Assembly (NCBI GenBank): GCA_965206645.1
Contig: CBDBKE010000004.1
Span: 1,504,001 to 1,568,000, forward strand
Reading direction: 5' to 3'
Source: Terriglobia bacterium
GTDB taxonomy: Bacteria; Acidobacteriota; Terriglobia; JAJPHL01; JAPKYU01
DNA: 64,000 nucleotides
In this document: one piece after another, positions 9,344-18,983 of the stretch
Numbering within the stretch: the first letter of the stretch is position 1
How the letters are laid out: every line of letters begins with the position of its first letter
Program-made: the position numbers and the translations under genes
Notes under the pieces: model-generated
Seen by the model: the letters and a program-made list of their open reading frames with translations, nothing else
Databases searched by the model: none
What the model was told of the DNA's origin: nothing

Positions 9344-10717
9344 ATGATTATCCTGAAATTCGGTGGAACCTCGGTAGAGAGCGCCGAGGCCATCGAGCGC
9401 GTGGCCGATATCGTCGCGGGGCGCGTGGCGAAGCGTCCGCTAGTGGTGGTCTCGGCCATGGGGAAGGCCACCGACCGGCTGCTGGAGCTGGCCACCACCG
9501 CAGTCGAGGGCGACCGCAAGCGGGTCGTGGAGCTGCTCGGCGACCTCCGCGACTTCCACGGTCGCGAGGCTCGCAAGCTGGTTCCGCCAGCGCGCCGCGC
9601 GCCGCTGGAAACCTGCCTGGAGGAGCACTTCCAGGAGCTGTCCGAGCTGGTCAAGGGACTCTCGGTGCTAGGAGAGTTGACCCCACGCGCCACCGACGCC
9701 ATTGCCAGCTACGGCGAGCGGCTCTCGTCGCTGGTCGTCAGCCAGGCCTTCGAGCACCGCGGCCTGTCCGCCGCGCTGCTGGATTCTCGCCGCTACATCG
9801 TTACCGACCAGCGGCACACGCAGGCGGCGCCGCTGTTCGAGCCAACCGAAGAACGGCTGCGCCAGGTGGTCCCCGAACTGCTGGCCGAAGGCCGCATCCC
9901 GGTGATGGGTGGCTACATCGCCGCTACCGAGCAGGACGTCACCACCACTTTGGGCCGCGGCGGCTCCGATTTCACTGCCTCCCTCGTCGGGGCGGCGCTG
10001 GGGGCCGAGCGGATTGAGATCTGGACCGACGTGGATGGCATGCTCACCGCCGACCCAGCGCTGTACCGCGAGGCCCGCCGGGTGAAGATGATTTCCTTCG
10101 AGGAGGCCAGCGAGCTGGCCTATTTCGGCGCCAAGGTGCTCCACCCCAGCACACTGCTTCCCGCCGTACAGAAACAGATCCCGATCTCGATCCTGAACTC
10201 GCACAAGCCGAAGACGGCGGGCACCGTCATCACCCAGCGGGCGCCCAGGACGCGCAATATTTTCAAGTCCATCGCCTGCAAGAAAAACATCACCATCGTG
10301 AACATCTGCTCGACGCGGATGCTGATGGCGTACGGATTCCTGCGGGCCATCTTCGAGGTGTTCGAGCGCTACCAGACGCCGGTGGACATGGTGTCCACCA
10401 GCGAAGTCAGCGTGTCTCTGACGGTGGATAACTTGAGCCGCCTGCGGGAAATCGTTGCCGAGCTTCGCCGCATCGCTCACGTTTCCTACGAGGAGGGCAA
10501 AGCCATCGTTTGCCTGGTGGGCGACAACATCAAGTTCACCCCGGGCGTCGCCGGCAAAGTATTCAAGGCCGTTGAGAAGGTCAACGTACGCATGATCTCG
10601 CAGGGCGCCTCGGTGCTGAACATCAGCTTTGTGGTGGACGAGGACCGGCTGAAAGAGGTAGTCTCCCGCCTGCACCGGACCTTCTTCCGCGAAGTGGACC
10701 CCAGAGTTTTTGAATGA
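9344..10717 (+). CDS. lysC: Aspartate kinase with ACT domains
   Basis: KFGGTSV, VVVSAMG, TLGRGGSDFTA, WTDVDG and FGAKVLHP motifs. Confidence 0.95.
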   Translation: MIILKFGGTSVESAEAIERVADIVAGRVAKRPLVVVSAMGKATDRLLELATTAVEGDRKRVVELLGDLRDFHGREARKLVPPARRAPLETCLEEHFQELSELVKGLSVLGELTPRATDAIASYGERLSSLVVSQAFEHRGLSAALLDSRRYIVTDQRHTQAAPLFEPTEERLRQVVPELLAEGRIPVMGGYIAATEQDVTTTLGRGGSDFTASLVGAALGAERIEIWTDVDGMLTADPALYREARRVKMISFEEASELAYFGAKVLHPSTLLPAVQKQIPISILNSHKPKTAGTVITQRAPRTRNIFKSIACKKNITIVNICSTRMLMAYGFLRAIFEVFERYQTPVDMVSTSEVSVSLTVDNLSRLREIVAELRRIAHVSYEEGKAIVCLVGDNIKFTPGVAGKVFKAVEKVNVRMISQGASVLNISFVVDEDRLKEVVSRLHRTFFREVDPRVFE

Positions 10718-10741
10718 TGCTTTTCCGATGAAGAGCTGCCC

Positions 10742-11440
10742 ATGAAGATCGCGCTTCTCGGTTACGGCAAGATGGGCAAGTTGCTGGATGAGCTGGCCCC
10801 CTCCCTCGGCATGGAGGTCGTCGAGCGCCTGGACATCTGGAACAACCAGGGCGGGGCCGGCATCACCAAGGAGAATTTTCGGGGTGTCGAGGTGGCGCTG
10901 GACTTTTCGATGCCGGAGGCGGCGCTGGAAAACATTCCCCGGGTGGCCGGGCTGGGCGTCAACCTGGTGGTGGGCACGACCGGCTGGCACGACAAGCTGG
11001 ATCAGATGCGGGCCGCGGTGGAGGAGCACGGCATCGGGATGGTCTACGGCTCCAATTTCTCCATCGGCGTGAACATCTTCTACCGCGTGGCGGAAACCGC
11101 CGCACGGTGGCTGAAGGGACGTCCCGAGTATGACCCCTGGGTTTACGAAATCCACCACCGGGCAAAGTTAGACGCGCCCTCAGGCACGGCGCTGAAGTTG
11201 CGCGACCTGCTGCTGGCCGAATACGGGACGCGCACCATCTGCGTTTCCAGCGCCCGGGCCGGCACCGTCCCGGGCGAGCACACGGTAGGGTTCGATTCCG
11301 AGGCCGATACCATCACCTTGACGCACACCGCCCGTAGCCGGAAGGGCTTTGCCCTGGGAGCACTCCGCGCTGCCGACTGGGTTCGCGGCAAGCGCGGACT
11401 CTACGAGTTTTCGGAGGTCCTGTTCGGGGACGCCAGCTAA
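10742..11440 (+). CDS. dapB: 4-hydroxy-tetrahydrodipicolinate reductase
   Basis: GYGKMG, VVGTTGW and EIHHRAKLDAPSGTA motifs. Confidence 0.95.
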   Translation: MKIALLGYGKMGKLLDELAPSLGMEVVERLDIWNNQGGAGITKENFRGVEVALDFSMPEAALENIPRVAGLGVNLVVGTTGWHDKLDQMRAAVEEHGIGMVYGSNFSIGVNIFYRVAETAARWLKGRPEYDPWVYEIHHRAKLDAPSGTALKLRDLLLAEYGTRTICVSSARAGTVPGEHTVGFDSEADTITLTHTARSRKGFALGALRAADWVRGKRGLYEFSEVLFGDAS

Positions 11441-11514
11441 ATGACTGCGAACTGTGGACTGGCGAAAGGTAAACCCAAAGCCGAATTCCGAAATTGGAAA
11501 TCAGGAGGGCTGCA

Positions 11515-12435
11515 ATGGGCGCCACAACACTGAAGGGCTGCGGCACTGCGCTGGTCACTCCGTTCCGGAGCGACGGCGCGCCGGATGAGGGCTCGCTGCG
11601 GCGCCTGGTCCGTTTTCAGGTGCAGGAGGGTATTGACTTCCTGGTGCCCTGCGGGACCACCGGGGAAAGCCCCACCCTCACGCACGAGGAGCACCTGCGC
11701 GTGGTCGAGATCACGCTGGAGGAGTCGCGGGCAGGCGGGCGGGCGGTGCCAGTGTTCCCCGGGGCCGGCGGCAACAACACCGCCAAGATCGCCGCGCTGA
11801 TCCGCGAGCTGGAAGCGATGGGTGTGGACGGGATCGTGTCGGTCTCGCCCTACTACAACAAGCCCACCCAGGAGGGCATCTACCAGCACTACCGCGCACT
11901 CAACGAAGCCACGCGTCTGCCCCTCATCGTCTACAACGTGCCCGGGCGCACCGGCTCCAACATCGAGCCGGCGACCCAAGCACGGCTGGCAGCTCTGCCC
12001 AACATTGTGGGAGTGAAGGAAGCCTCCGGAAACATCAGCCAGATGGCCGAGGTCCTCCAGGCTGTACCGGAGGGGTTTGCCGTGCTGTCAGGCGATGATG
12101 CCGTTACGCTGCCGCTCATGGCCATGGGGGGCGTCGGAGTAATTTCGGTAGCCTCAAACGAAGTGCCCGGCGAGATGGCGCGGCTGACGGCGAAATGCCT
12201 GGCCGGCGATTTTTCAGCGGGCCGGCAACTGAACCGACGCCTGTTGCCGCTGATGCAGGCCAATTTCATTGAGTCGAATCCCATCCCGGTAAAGGCGGCG
12301 CTGGCCATGATGGGCCTGATCGAGGAGCGCTACCGCCTGCCGCTGGTGCCCATGAAGCCGGAGAGCCGCGCCCGGCTGGAAAAGGTACTGGACGCGCTGG
12401 GTCTGCTGGCCGTACAGGTCCAGGGCCCAAAGTAA
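11515..12435 (+). CDS. dapA: 4-hydroxy-tetrahydrodipicolinate synthase
   Basis: ALVTPF, GTTGESPTL, PYYNKP, YNVPGRTG and VKEASG motifs. Confidence 0.95.
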   Translation: MGATTLKGCGTALVTPFRSDGAPDEGSLRRLVRFQVQEGIDFLVPCGTTGESPTLTHEEHLRVVEITLEESRAGGRAVPVFPGAGGNNTAKIAALIRELEAMGVDGIVSVSPYYNKPTQEGIYQHYRALNEATRLPLIVYNVPGRTGSNIEPATQARLAALPNIVGVKEASGNISQMAEVLQAVPEGFAVLSGDDAVTLPLMAMGGVGVISVASNEVPGEMARLTAKCLAGDFSAGRQLNRRLLPLMQANFIESNPIPVKAALAMMGLIEERYRLPLVPMKPESRARLEKVLDALGLLAVQVQGPK

Positions 12436-12499
12436 AAGGTCCGAAGTCGCTAGTCCTTGCACTTGTCTGTTTTGGACATAGGACTTCGGCCTTGAACTC

Positions 12500-13333
12500 A
12501 TGACCCTTCAGCAACGCATCGAGCGACTCTTCGAAGCCTCGCCTGTCGGCGAGGAGCACCTGGCCGCGTTTGAAGAACTGAAGGCCGAGCTGAATGCAGG
12601 CCGTGTGCGCGCCGCTGAGCCCGACCCAGGGGCCAAGCCGACCGGCTGGCGAGTCAATCCCTGGGTCAAGAAGGGCATCCTGATTGGCTTCCGAGGCGGA
12701 GCGCTCCAGGAGATGTCCGTAGACCACTGGCCCTTCTTTGACAAGCACACCTTTCCGCTGAAGCGGCTCGAGGTGGCCAGCGGGGTGCGGGTTGTTCCCG
12801 GGGGCTCTTCGATCCGCGACGGCTGCTTCGTTGCCAGCGGCGTCACCTGCATGCCCCCGATGTACATCAACGCGGGTGCGTACGTGGACGAAGGGACGAT
12901 GGTGGACTCGCACGCGTTGGTCGGCTCCTGCGCCCAGGTGGGGAAGCGGGTGCACCTGAGCGCGGCGGCGCAAGTCGGCGGCGTGCTGGAGCCAGTGGGA
13001 GCCCTGCCGGTGATCATCGAGGACGAGGTGCTGGTGGGCGGCAACTGCGGCATCTACGAAGGCACAGTCGTCAAGCGCCGCGCGGTGCTGGGCGCCGGCA
13101 CCATTCTCACCGGTGCAACCCCTGTCTACGACCTGGTTCGCAGCCAGGTCTACCGCCGCGAGGGTGACCACCCGTTGGTGATTCCTGAGCAGGCCGTCGT
13201 CGTTCCCGGCTCTCGCGCCGTCTCTTCCGGGGTAGGCCGCGAGTGGCAGCTTTCGCTCTACACTCCGGTCATCGTCAAATATCGCGATCCCAAAACCGAG
13301 CGCAGCATCCAGCTCGAAGACCTGCTTCGGTAA
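12500..13333 (+). CDS. dapD: Tetrahydrodipicolinate N-succinyltransferase
   Basis: WVKKGIL, FFDK and [25 protein letters not shown] motifs. Confidence 0.93.
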   Translation: MTLQQRIERLFEASPVGEEHLAAFEELKAELNAGRVRAAEPDPGAKPTGWRVNPWVKKGILIGFRGGALQEMSVDHWPFFDKHTFPLKRLEVASGVRVVPGGSSIRDGCFVASGVTCMPPMYINAGAYVDEGTMVDSHALVGSCAQVGKRVHLSAAAQVGGVLEPVGALPVIIEDEVLVGGNCGIYEGTVVKRRAVLGAGTILTGATPVYDLVRSQVYRREGDHPLVIPEQAVVVPGSRAVSSGVGREWQLSLYTPVIVKYRDPKTERSIQLEDLLR

Positions 13334-13448
13334 GAACCCAAGAGACAACTCAAAGGCACGAAGGCCCGAAGTTCACAAGGGAAGAGGCATCCCTGTCGAC
13401 TGCGCAGACTCCTTGGAGCCATCCAGAGATTGGTGTAGCCTTGCGCTC

Positions 13449-14348
13449 ATGAAGGCCCAGCGAAAGTTTACCGTGGCGCTGATCCAGATGAGCTTGACGC
13501 CCGACTCTGAGGAAAACCTGGCACGGGCAATCGCAGGGGTCGAGGAAGCGGCCCGCGCCGGCGCCCAGGTGATCTGCCTGCCGGAGTTGTTCCGGACGCA
13601 GTACTTCTGCCAGCATGAAGACACGGCCTGCTTCGACCTGGCCGAGCCGGTGCCCGGCCCCACCACCGAGGCCCTGGCGAGAGCCGCACGGAAAGCAAGT
13701 GTCGTGGTGATTGCGCCGGTCTTTGAACGCCGGGCCGCGGGCGTCTATCACAACAGCGCCGCGCTCATTGACGAGCGCGGCGGGCTAGCGGGGCTTTACC
13801 GCAAGATGCATATCCCGGACGACCCTGCATACTACGAGAAGTTCTACTTTACCCCCGGTGACCTGGGCTTTCCGGTCTTCCAGACGCGCGTGGGACGAAT
13901 CGGGGTGCTCATTTGCTGGGACCAGTGGTACCCGGAGGCAGCGCGCCTGGCAGCGCTTCAGGGAGCCGACGTGCTTTTCTACCCCAGCGCGATTGGCTGG
14001 CACCCTTCCGAGAAGGAAAGCTGCGGTGAAGTCCAACGGGACGCCTGGCGCACCGTGCACCGGGGACATGCAATCGCGAACGGGGTTTACATCGCAGCGG
14101 TCAACCGCGTCGGCCATGAAGCCCCCGCCGCTGCCGGGCCGGGAATCGAGTTCTGGGGCTCGTCCTTCCTCGCGGACCCTCAGGGAATTGTTGTAGCCGA
14201 GGCGCCAGACGACCACGAGGCCACTCTCCTTGGCCAGGTAGATCTGGAGCGACTGGAGGAGGTGCGGCGCGACTGGCCCTTTCTGCGCGACCGCCGGATT
14301 GAAGCCTACGCCGGGCTGAACAGCCGCTATCTGGACAAAGCGCTGTGA
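13449..14348 (+). CDS. aguB: Carbon-nitrogen hydrolase, probable N-carbamoylputrescine amidase
   Basis: LPELF, YRKMHIPDDP.YYEKFYFTPGD and ICWDQWYPE motifs; adjacent to agmatine deiminase. Confidence 0.88.
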   Translation: MKAQRKFTVALIQMSLTPDSEENLARAIAGVEEAARAGAQVICLPELFRTQYFCQHEDTACFDLAEPVPGPTTEALARAARKASVVVIAPVFERRAAGVYHNSAALIDERGGLAGLYRKMHIPDDPAYYEKFYFTPGDLGFPVFQTRVGRIGVLICWDQWYPEAARLAALQGADVLFYPSAIGWHPSEKESCGEVQRDAWRTVHRGHAIANGVYIAAVNRVGHEAPAAAGPGIEFWGSSFLADPQGIVVAEAPDDHEATLLGQVDLERLEEVRRDWPFLRDRRIEAYAGLNSRYLDKAL

Positions 14349-15490
14349 GGCCAAGACCCACAAGGGCGCGCCGGAGTGAGGCCCAAAGTGAGGCAACGCC
14401 GGCCGCGCTGGGCTACCGCCTGCCCGCCGAGTGGGAAGCGCACGAGGCTACCTGGATCGGCTGGCCGCATAACCGAAGCGATTGGCCGGGAAAGCTGGCC
14501 CCGATCCACTGGGTCTACGGCGAGATTGCGCGAAAACTTGCGCCGGGGGAGCTCCTGCGAATTCTGGTGAACTCGAGCACGCAGGAGGAGCGCGCCCGGC
14601 GACTTCTCACTCGTGTCGGGGTGGATCTCTCCCGCGTCGTGTTCTACCGCTTTCCCACGAACCGGGGCTGGACGCGTGACTTCGGGCCGGTCTTTGTCCG
14701 GCGCGGCGTGACCCGTGCGGCGCAGGACTCAAGGCACCCCGCGGCTAGCGAAGTAGCCATTGTGCGCTTCCGGTTTAACGGCTGGGCGCGCTATCGGGAC
14801 TGGCAGAAGGACGACGCGGTGGCAGAACGCGCGGCTCGCGCCCTGGGTCTTCGTCTGTTTCACGCCACCAGCGACGGCAACTCGCCGCGCCGGTTCGTGC
14901 TGGAAGGCGGCAGCATTGAGGTGAACGGCCGCGGCACGCTGCTGACCACCGAGGAATGCTTGCTTGACCCGGCCGTTCAGGTGCGCAACCCGGGCCTGAG
15001 CCGAAAGCAGGTCGAGGCGACGCTGCGCGTCAATCTCGGTGTCAGCAACGTTCTCTGGCTCGGCCGCGGGATTGCGGGCGACGATACGCACGGACACGTG
15101 GACGACTTGTGTCGGTTTGTCGGGCCCCGCACGGTCGTGCTGTGCCGAGAAGACAACCCGCGCGACGTCAACTATCGACCGCTAGAAGAAAGCCAGGAAC
15201 GGCTGGAAGGAATGCGCCTGGAGAACAGATCCCGAATCGAGGTAGTACGGTTGCCCATGCCCGCGGCTCTTTATCTGGACGGGCAGCGCCTCCCGGCCAG
15301 CTACGCCAACTTCTACATTGCGAATGCAGCCGTGCTGGTCCCGACCTTCAACGATCCCAACGACCGCATCGCCCTCGGCATCCTGGCCGAGCTTTTTCCC
15401 AGCCGACCGGTGGTCGGCATCCATGCGGTGGACTTAGTCTGGGGGCTCGGGACCCTGCACTGCCTGACACGTGAGCAACCGGCCAGGTAG
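14345..15490 (+). CDS. aguA: Agmatine deiminase family protein
   Basis: PAEWE, WTRDFGP, LEGGSI, DDTHGHVD, SYANFY and GTLHCLT motifs. Confidence 0.92.
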   Translation: MRPRPTRARRSEAQSEATPAALGYRLPAEWEAHEATWIGWPHNRSDWPGKLAPIHWVYGEIARKLAPGELLRILVNSSTQEERARRLLTRVGVDLSRVVFYRFPTNRGWTRDFGPVFVRRGVTRAAQDSRHPAASEVAIVRFRFNGWARYRDWQKDDAVAERAARALGLRLFHATSDGNSPRRFVLEGGSIEVNGRGTLLTTEECLLDPAVQVRNPGLSRKQVEATLRVNLGVSNVLWLGRGIAGDDTHGHVDDLCRFVGPRTVVLCREDNPRDVNYRPLEESQERLEGMRLENRSRIEVVRLPMPAALYLDGQRLPASYANFYIANAAVLVPTFNDPNDRIALGILAELFPSRPVVGIHAVDLVWGLGTLHCLTREQPAR

Positions 15491-15586
15491 GCAGATTACC
15501 GCCCGATTGCAGAAATCCTGCCTGCTGGCTTTCACTGCCTGGTCGCAATAAGCTCACGGGAACAACATGGCAAAGGAGGAGAAGCA

Positions 15587-15796
15587 ATGAAAGTCGGAGC
15601 GCGCAACCGCATCGCCGGGACCATGACCAGCATCGCCAAGGGTAAGCTGATGTGTCTGGTGAAGGTGGAGGTTCCGGCACGGTCCCGCATGGCGTCGGTG
15701 ATGACCATCGAGTCGCTGAAGGGACTAGGCCTCCGTAAAGGAGACCGGGTCGAGGTGGTTGTGAAAGGGGTGAATGTGCTCTTGATCAGGCGCTAG
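15587..15796 (+). CDS. TOBE/Mop (molybdate-binding) domain protein
   Basis: MKVGARNRIAG...SVMTIESLKGLGLRKGDRV; strong RBS AAGGAGG. Confidence 0.85.
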   Translation: MKVGARNRIAGTMTSIAKGKLMCLVKVEVPARSRMASVMTIESLKGLGLRKGDRVEVVVKGVNVLLIRR

Positions 15797-15936
15797 GGGA
15801 TAACCGCTTACGGATTCATGCGCCCGGCTTGGAAGACCCGCTCAAGCTTGATGCTCTGCCAGGCTGGCTCGCGCCGAACCGACTACCTTGCGGGCCATCG
15901 CAGCAGGCCAGCCTGATTGACGTCGGCGATCCTGAC

Positions 15937-16671
15937 TTACTTTTCGGTGACCGTGATGGGAGCCTGAAGTTTAAACGTGATCACCGTCTCGCTCGGGTAA
16001 ACTGCCGGATCTCCCCGTGTGGCGAGCATAACACCCGTCCCCGCCCCGGCTCCAGTGGCGGCACCAATGCCCGCTCCCTTTTCCCCCCCAACGATGGCGC
16101 CAATGCCAGCGCCAATGCCGGTCGCGATGCCGACTTTCGTAGCGTCCTTTTTCTTCGTGGTCTTCGCTTTGCGGGTACGGACGTTGGTGTCAATGGGGAT
16201 CGTCTGGCCATCGGCCGTCTCGAGTTGCGTCAGTTGAATTGCCAGACTAGCTACACCTTTGACGCGTCCCCCTTCATCCGCTTCAGCAATGCGGCCTTCC
16301 ACTGTGGAACCTTTGGGAGCGATTACCCAGTCGCCTTCTACCAGGGGTTCTTCCAAGCTCGCCGTGAAAGTATCTCCTGTCTTGTTCGTCTTTGTGGAAA
16401 GCGTACTTGTGGTTCGTACCTTCAGTTCAGTTTCCTCGGGAAGGGTGACGGTTCGGGGCTGAGGTTCAGCGGCTTCTTCTGTCGCGGTGGCCCCCTCGGT
16501 GGAGGCGCCAGCAGAGGGAGCGGGATGTGTGCTTCTCGTGGGCGTGCTCGAAGTCTCGGCGGCAGACTCGCTGGCTGGCTCATAATCCGTCGTGCATCCA
16601 AGCTGCAAAACCAACACTGCAGCCAGGGCACAGATTAAGAAGAAACCAAATCCCTCACGCTTCCTAAACAT
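15937..16671 (-). CDS. Putative lipoprotein with beta domain and glycine zipper
   Basis: Lipobox-like LQLGC, low-complexity linker, GAGIGAIVGG..GAGIGAA. Confidence 0.75.
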   Translation of the reverse strand: MFRKREGFGFFLICALAAVLVLQLGCTTDYEPASESAAETSSTPTRSTHPAPSAGASTEGATATEEAAEPQPRTVTLPEETELKVRTTSTLSTKTNKTGDTFTASLEEPLVEGDWVIAPKGSTVEGRIAEADEGGRVKGVASLAIQLTQLETADGQTIPIDTNVRTRKAKTTKKKDATKVGIATGIGAGIGAIVGGEKGAGIGAATGAGAGTGVMLATRGDPAVYPSETVITFKLQAPITVTEK

Positions 16672-16923
16672 GGAAATTACCTCCTGAGCAACCATTCCTG
16701 ACAGCGCAGCCATCCTACGCGCGTCTTGTTGCGGGTATCAAGGTCGGGGAAAGCTCGGGCGGACCGCGATTGGGTCGCAAATGAACATCGGATTGCTTTG
16801 CAAAGCAAGGTCCCCGCCCGCCTCGCCCGCTGCCGAGGTTTGGTGCCGGTGATTCGCTTGCGAGTCCTACTTGGTCTTGCCTTTGGCTTTTCCCTTGCCG
16901 TGGGCTTTGGCCTTATCCTTGGT

Positions 16924-16971
16924 CTTGGCCTTGGCCTTGGCCTTGGCCTTGGCCTTGGCCTTGGCCTTGGC
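16924..16971. repeat. Hexamer microsatellite (CTTGGC)x8 within a Lys-alternating reading frame
   Basis: 8 perfect copies with degenerate flanking units. Confidence 0.9.
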
Positions 16972-17195
16972 CTTGCTCTTGCCCTTACCCTTGCTCTTAG
17001 CTTTCGTCTCCGCCTCGTCGCTGGAGGCGCCGCTCTTTTTACCAGACCAGAGGGCGCCACAACGCTAAGGCATGCCTTCCCTGAGATCTTCACAGGCCTC
17101 TCCAAACGGCACACGGGCCGCCTCACCCTTCCCTGTCGCGGACTCCCACTTGCTGGCCAACCGGTTCACGCGGGTGGTTCAGGTCGCAAACGTGG

Positions 17196-18125
17196 CTATC
17201 CGGCACGGGCGTGCGTTGGTTCAAAAATCCTCCCCACCGCGTCGGCCGCCTCAGCCAACGATGGTCTCTGCAGCACCTGGACCGCTTTCCCGCGAGGCGC
17301 CCACATGTGCGGGTCGGAGTCTTGGAAGATGGCCACGGTCGGCAAAGCCAGGGCGGCGGCCAGGTGGGTGACACCGGTGTCGTTGCCGATGAACAAGTGG
17401 CAGCGGCTGAGAACAGCAGCCAGGAGCCGCAGGTTGCCGGTGTGCATCCGGCGGGCGCCCAGGCCGGGCGCCGAGGTCATCACAGCTTCGACCACGTCGG
17501 CGTCGAGCGGGCCTTCGCATAACAAGATGTGCGCATCCCACTGCCACACGAGATGCCCGGCGAGCGCGCCGAATTTTCCGGCGCCCCACTGCTTCCGTCG
17601 GCTGCTGGCGCCCGGGTGAATCACCGCCACAGGCCGACCGCCAGCGCCTAGCTTGGCAAGGTAGTCTTCAGCGAGCACCGTGTCCGAGTGGTTCAGAAAA
17701 ATCTCCGGGTGAGCCGGAAAATCACCGACTTCGCCAAACAGCGAGCGAAGCTGGGTACGCCGAAAGTCGCTGAAGTGGAGCCTCTGCTCCGGCGCGGGAA
17801 ACTGCGGCAAAAAATGGGCGTGCGGCTGGACCGCGGCAACAGCCGCAACCAGCTCGGGCAGGTTCGCTCCCCGCCAGGAGACCACCAGGTCGAAGGACTC
17901 CAGCGCATGGAGGGTGCGGGCCGGCAGTGGGTAGCTGTCGAGGCCGGTTTCGGCCAGCGGGCGGGCCCGGTCCGCGTACGCCGGGTGTTTCACCAGTGGC
18001 ACAGTCGCCCGCTCGCACCAAATTTCCATACCTTCCCCACCGAACCTTTGCCGCAGCCAGCGCAGCGTAGGGAGCGACAGGATCAGGTCACCGATAGCAC
18101 CTGGTTGGATCGCCAGCATCTTCAT
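17196..18125 (-). CDS. Glycosyltransferase family 9 (heptosyltransferase-like)
   Basis: GAIGDLIL, IHPGAS..KQW and FIGNDTGVTHLAAAL motifs. Confidence 0.9.
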   Translation of the reverse strand: MKMLAIQPGAIGDLILSLPTLRWLRQRFGGEGMEIWCERATVPLVKHPAYADRARPLAETGLDSYPLPARTLHALESFDLVVSWRGANLPELVAAVAAVQPHAHFLPQFPAPEQRLHFSDFRRTQLRSLFGEVGDFPAHPEIFLNHSDTVLAEDYLAKLGAGGRPVAVIHPGASSRRKQWGAGKFGALAGHLVWQWDAHILLCEGPLDADVVEAVMTSAPGLGARRMHTGNLRLLAAVLSRCHLFIGNDTGVTHLAAALALPTVAIFQDSDPHMWAPRGKAVQVLQRPSLAEAADAVGRIFEPTHARAG

Positions 18126-18961
18126 GATGCTTGGCGCTTTCGGCTGAGCAGCGTCGCGGCCGCCTCGGCCGCCTCCTTCACCAGGTAGCCCATGCGCGGG
18201 TGCTGCGCCTCCAGGTCTACATCCAGGCCGTATTCCCGAAGGCCGCCGCTGGCGGTGGGGCCGATGGAAGCAATCACCACACGGCGGAACGCCTGTCGAA
18301 GCCCATCTGCCAGGCCCTCTTGCCCGGCCACCTGAAACAGGTGAACCACCTGGACGATATTGGTGAACAGCGCCAGGTCCACCTCGCCGGCGATGATGGC
18401 GTTGATGGCGGAGCGCAGCGGCGCCAGGTCCTGCGGCAAGGTCCAGCGGTAGACCGAAACGCGGGTGACCACGGCGCCTCTGGCTTCCAGTTCGCGCACC
18501 AGCTCCGGGTTAGGGACGCCGTACTCCTGCACGGCTACCCGGCGTCCTTCCAGGGGCACCTTGTCCCGCCGCCCGTCCAGTTCGGCGAGTATTTCGCGCC
18601 ACGTGTTGGGCTCGGGAACGGTGATGGTGATCGGAACACCCATCTCCCGTAGGACCGCGGTCGGCTTCGGCCCGCGCACGACCACTGCCATGTGCTTCAG
18701 GGCAGCCACCAGATCCTGGCGGGAATAGCGTTTCTCCAGCAACTCGAAGAGCGTCCGTGTGCCCACCCCGGTGAGGAAAATGATCACTTGGTAGCCGCCA
18801 GCCAGCAGTTCCTCGCCGAAGGCCAGCGCCGTGGGGTTTTCCTCAAGGGGGACTTCGCGCAGGGTAGGAGCGGACATCGGACGGCCGCCTTTGGCGGCGA
18901 TCAAACGGGCCATCTCCTGGGCCCGGCGACTTTCAAACGAAACCACGCGCAACCCGTTCAT
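18122..18961 (-). CDS. hemD: Uroporphyrinogen-III synthase
   Basis: VVSFESRR, FLTGVG, RGPKP, VYRW and ASIGP motifs. Confidence 0.88.
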   Translation of the reverse strand: MNGLRVVSFESRRAQEMARLIAAKGGRPMSAPTLREVPLEENPTALAFGEELLAGGYQVIIFLTGVGTRTLFELLEKRYSRQDLVAALKHMAVVVRGPKPTAVLREMGVPITITVPEPNTWREILAELDGRRDKVPLEGRRVAVQEYGVPNPELVRELEARGAVVTRVSVYRWTLPQDLAPLRSAINAIIAGEVDLALFTNIVQVVHLFQVAGQEGLADGLRQAFRRVVIASIGPTASGGLREYGLDVDLEAQHPRMGYLVKEAAEAAATLLSRKRQAS

Positions 18962-18983
18962 CGGCTACCTTCCCTGCCCTGCC

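Noticed and set aside
9668-11158. Long antisense ORFs (also 54211-55488, 57947-59497, 60139-61413, 62364-63575)
   Set aside because: Shadow ORFs opposite well-supported genes in high-GC DNA.
16677-17619. RP-repeat and LG-repeat ORFs in the track
   Set aside because: These are alternative frames of the hexamer repeat; codon variation favours the K-x frame.
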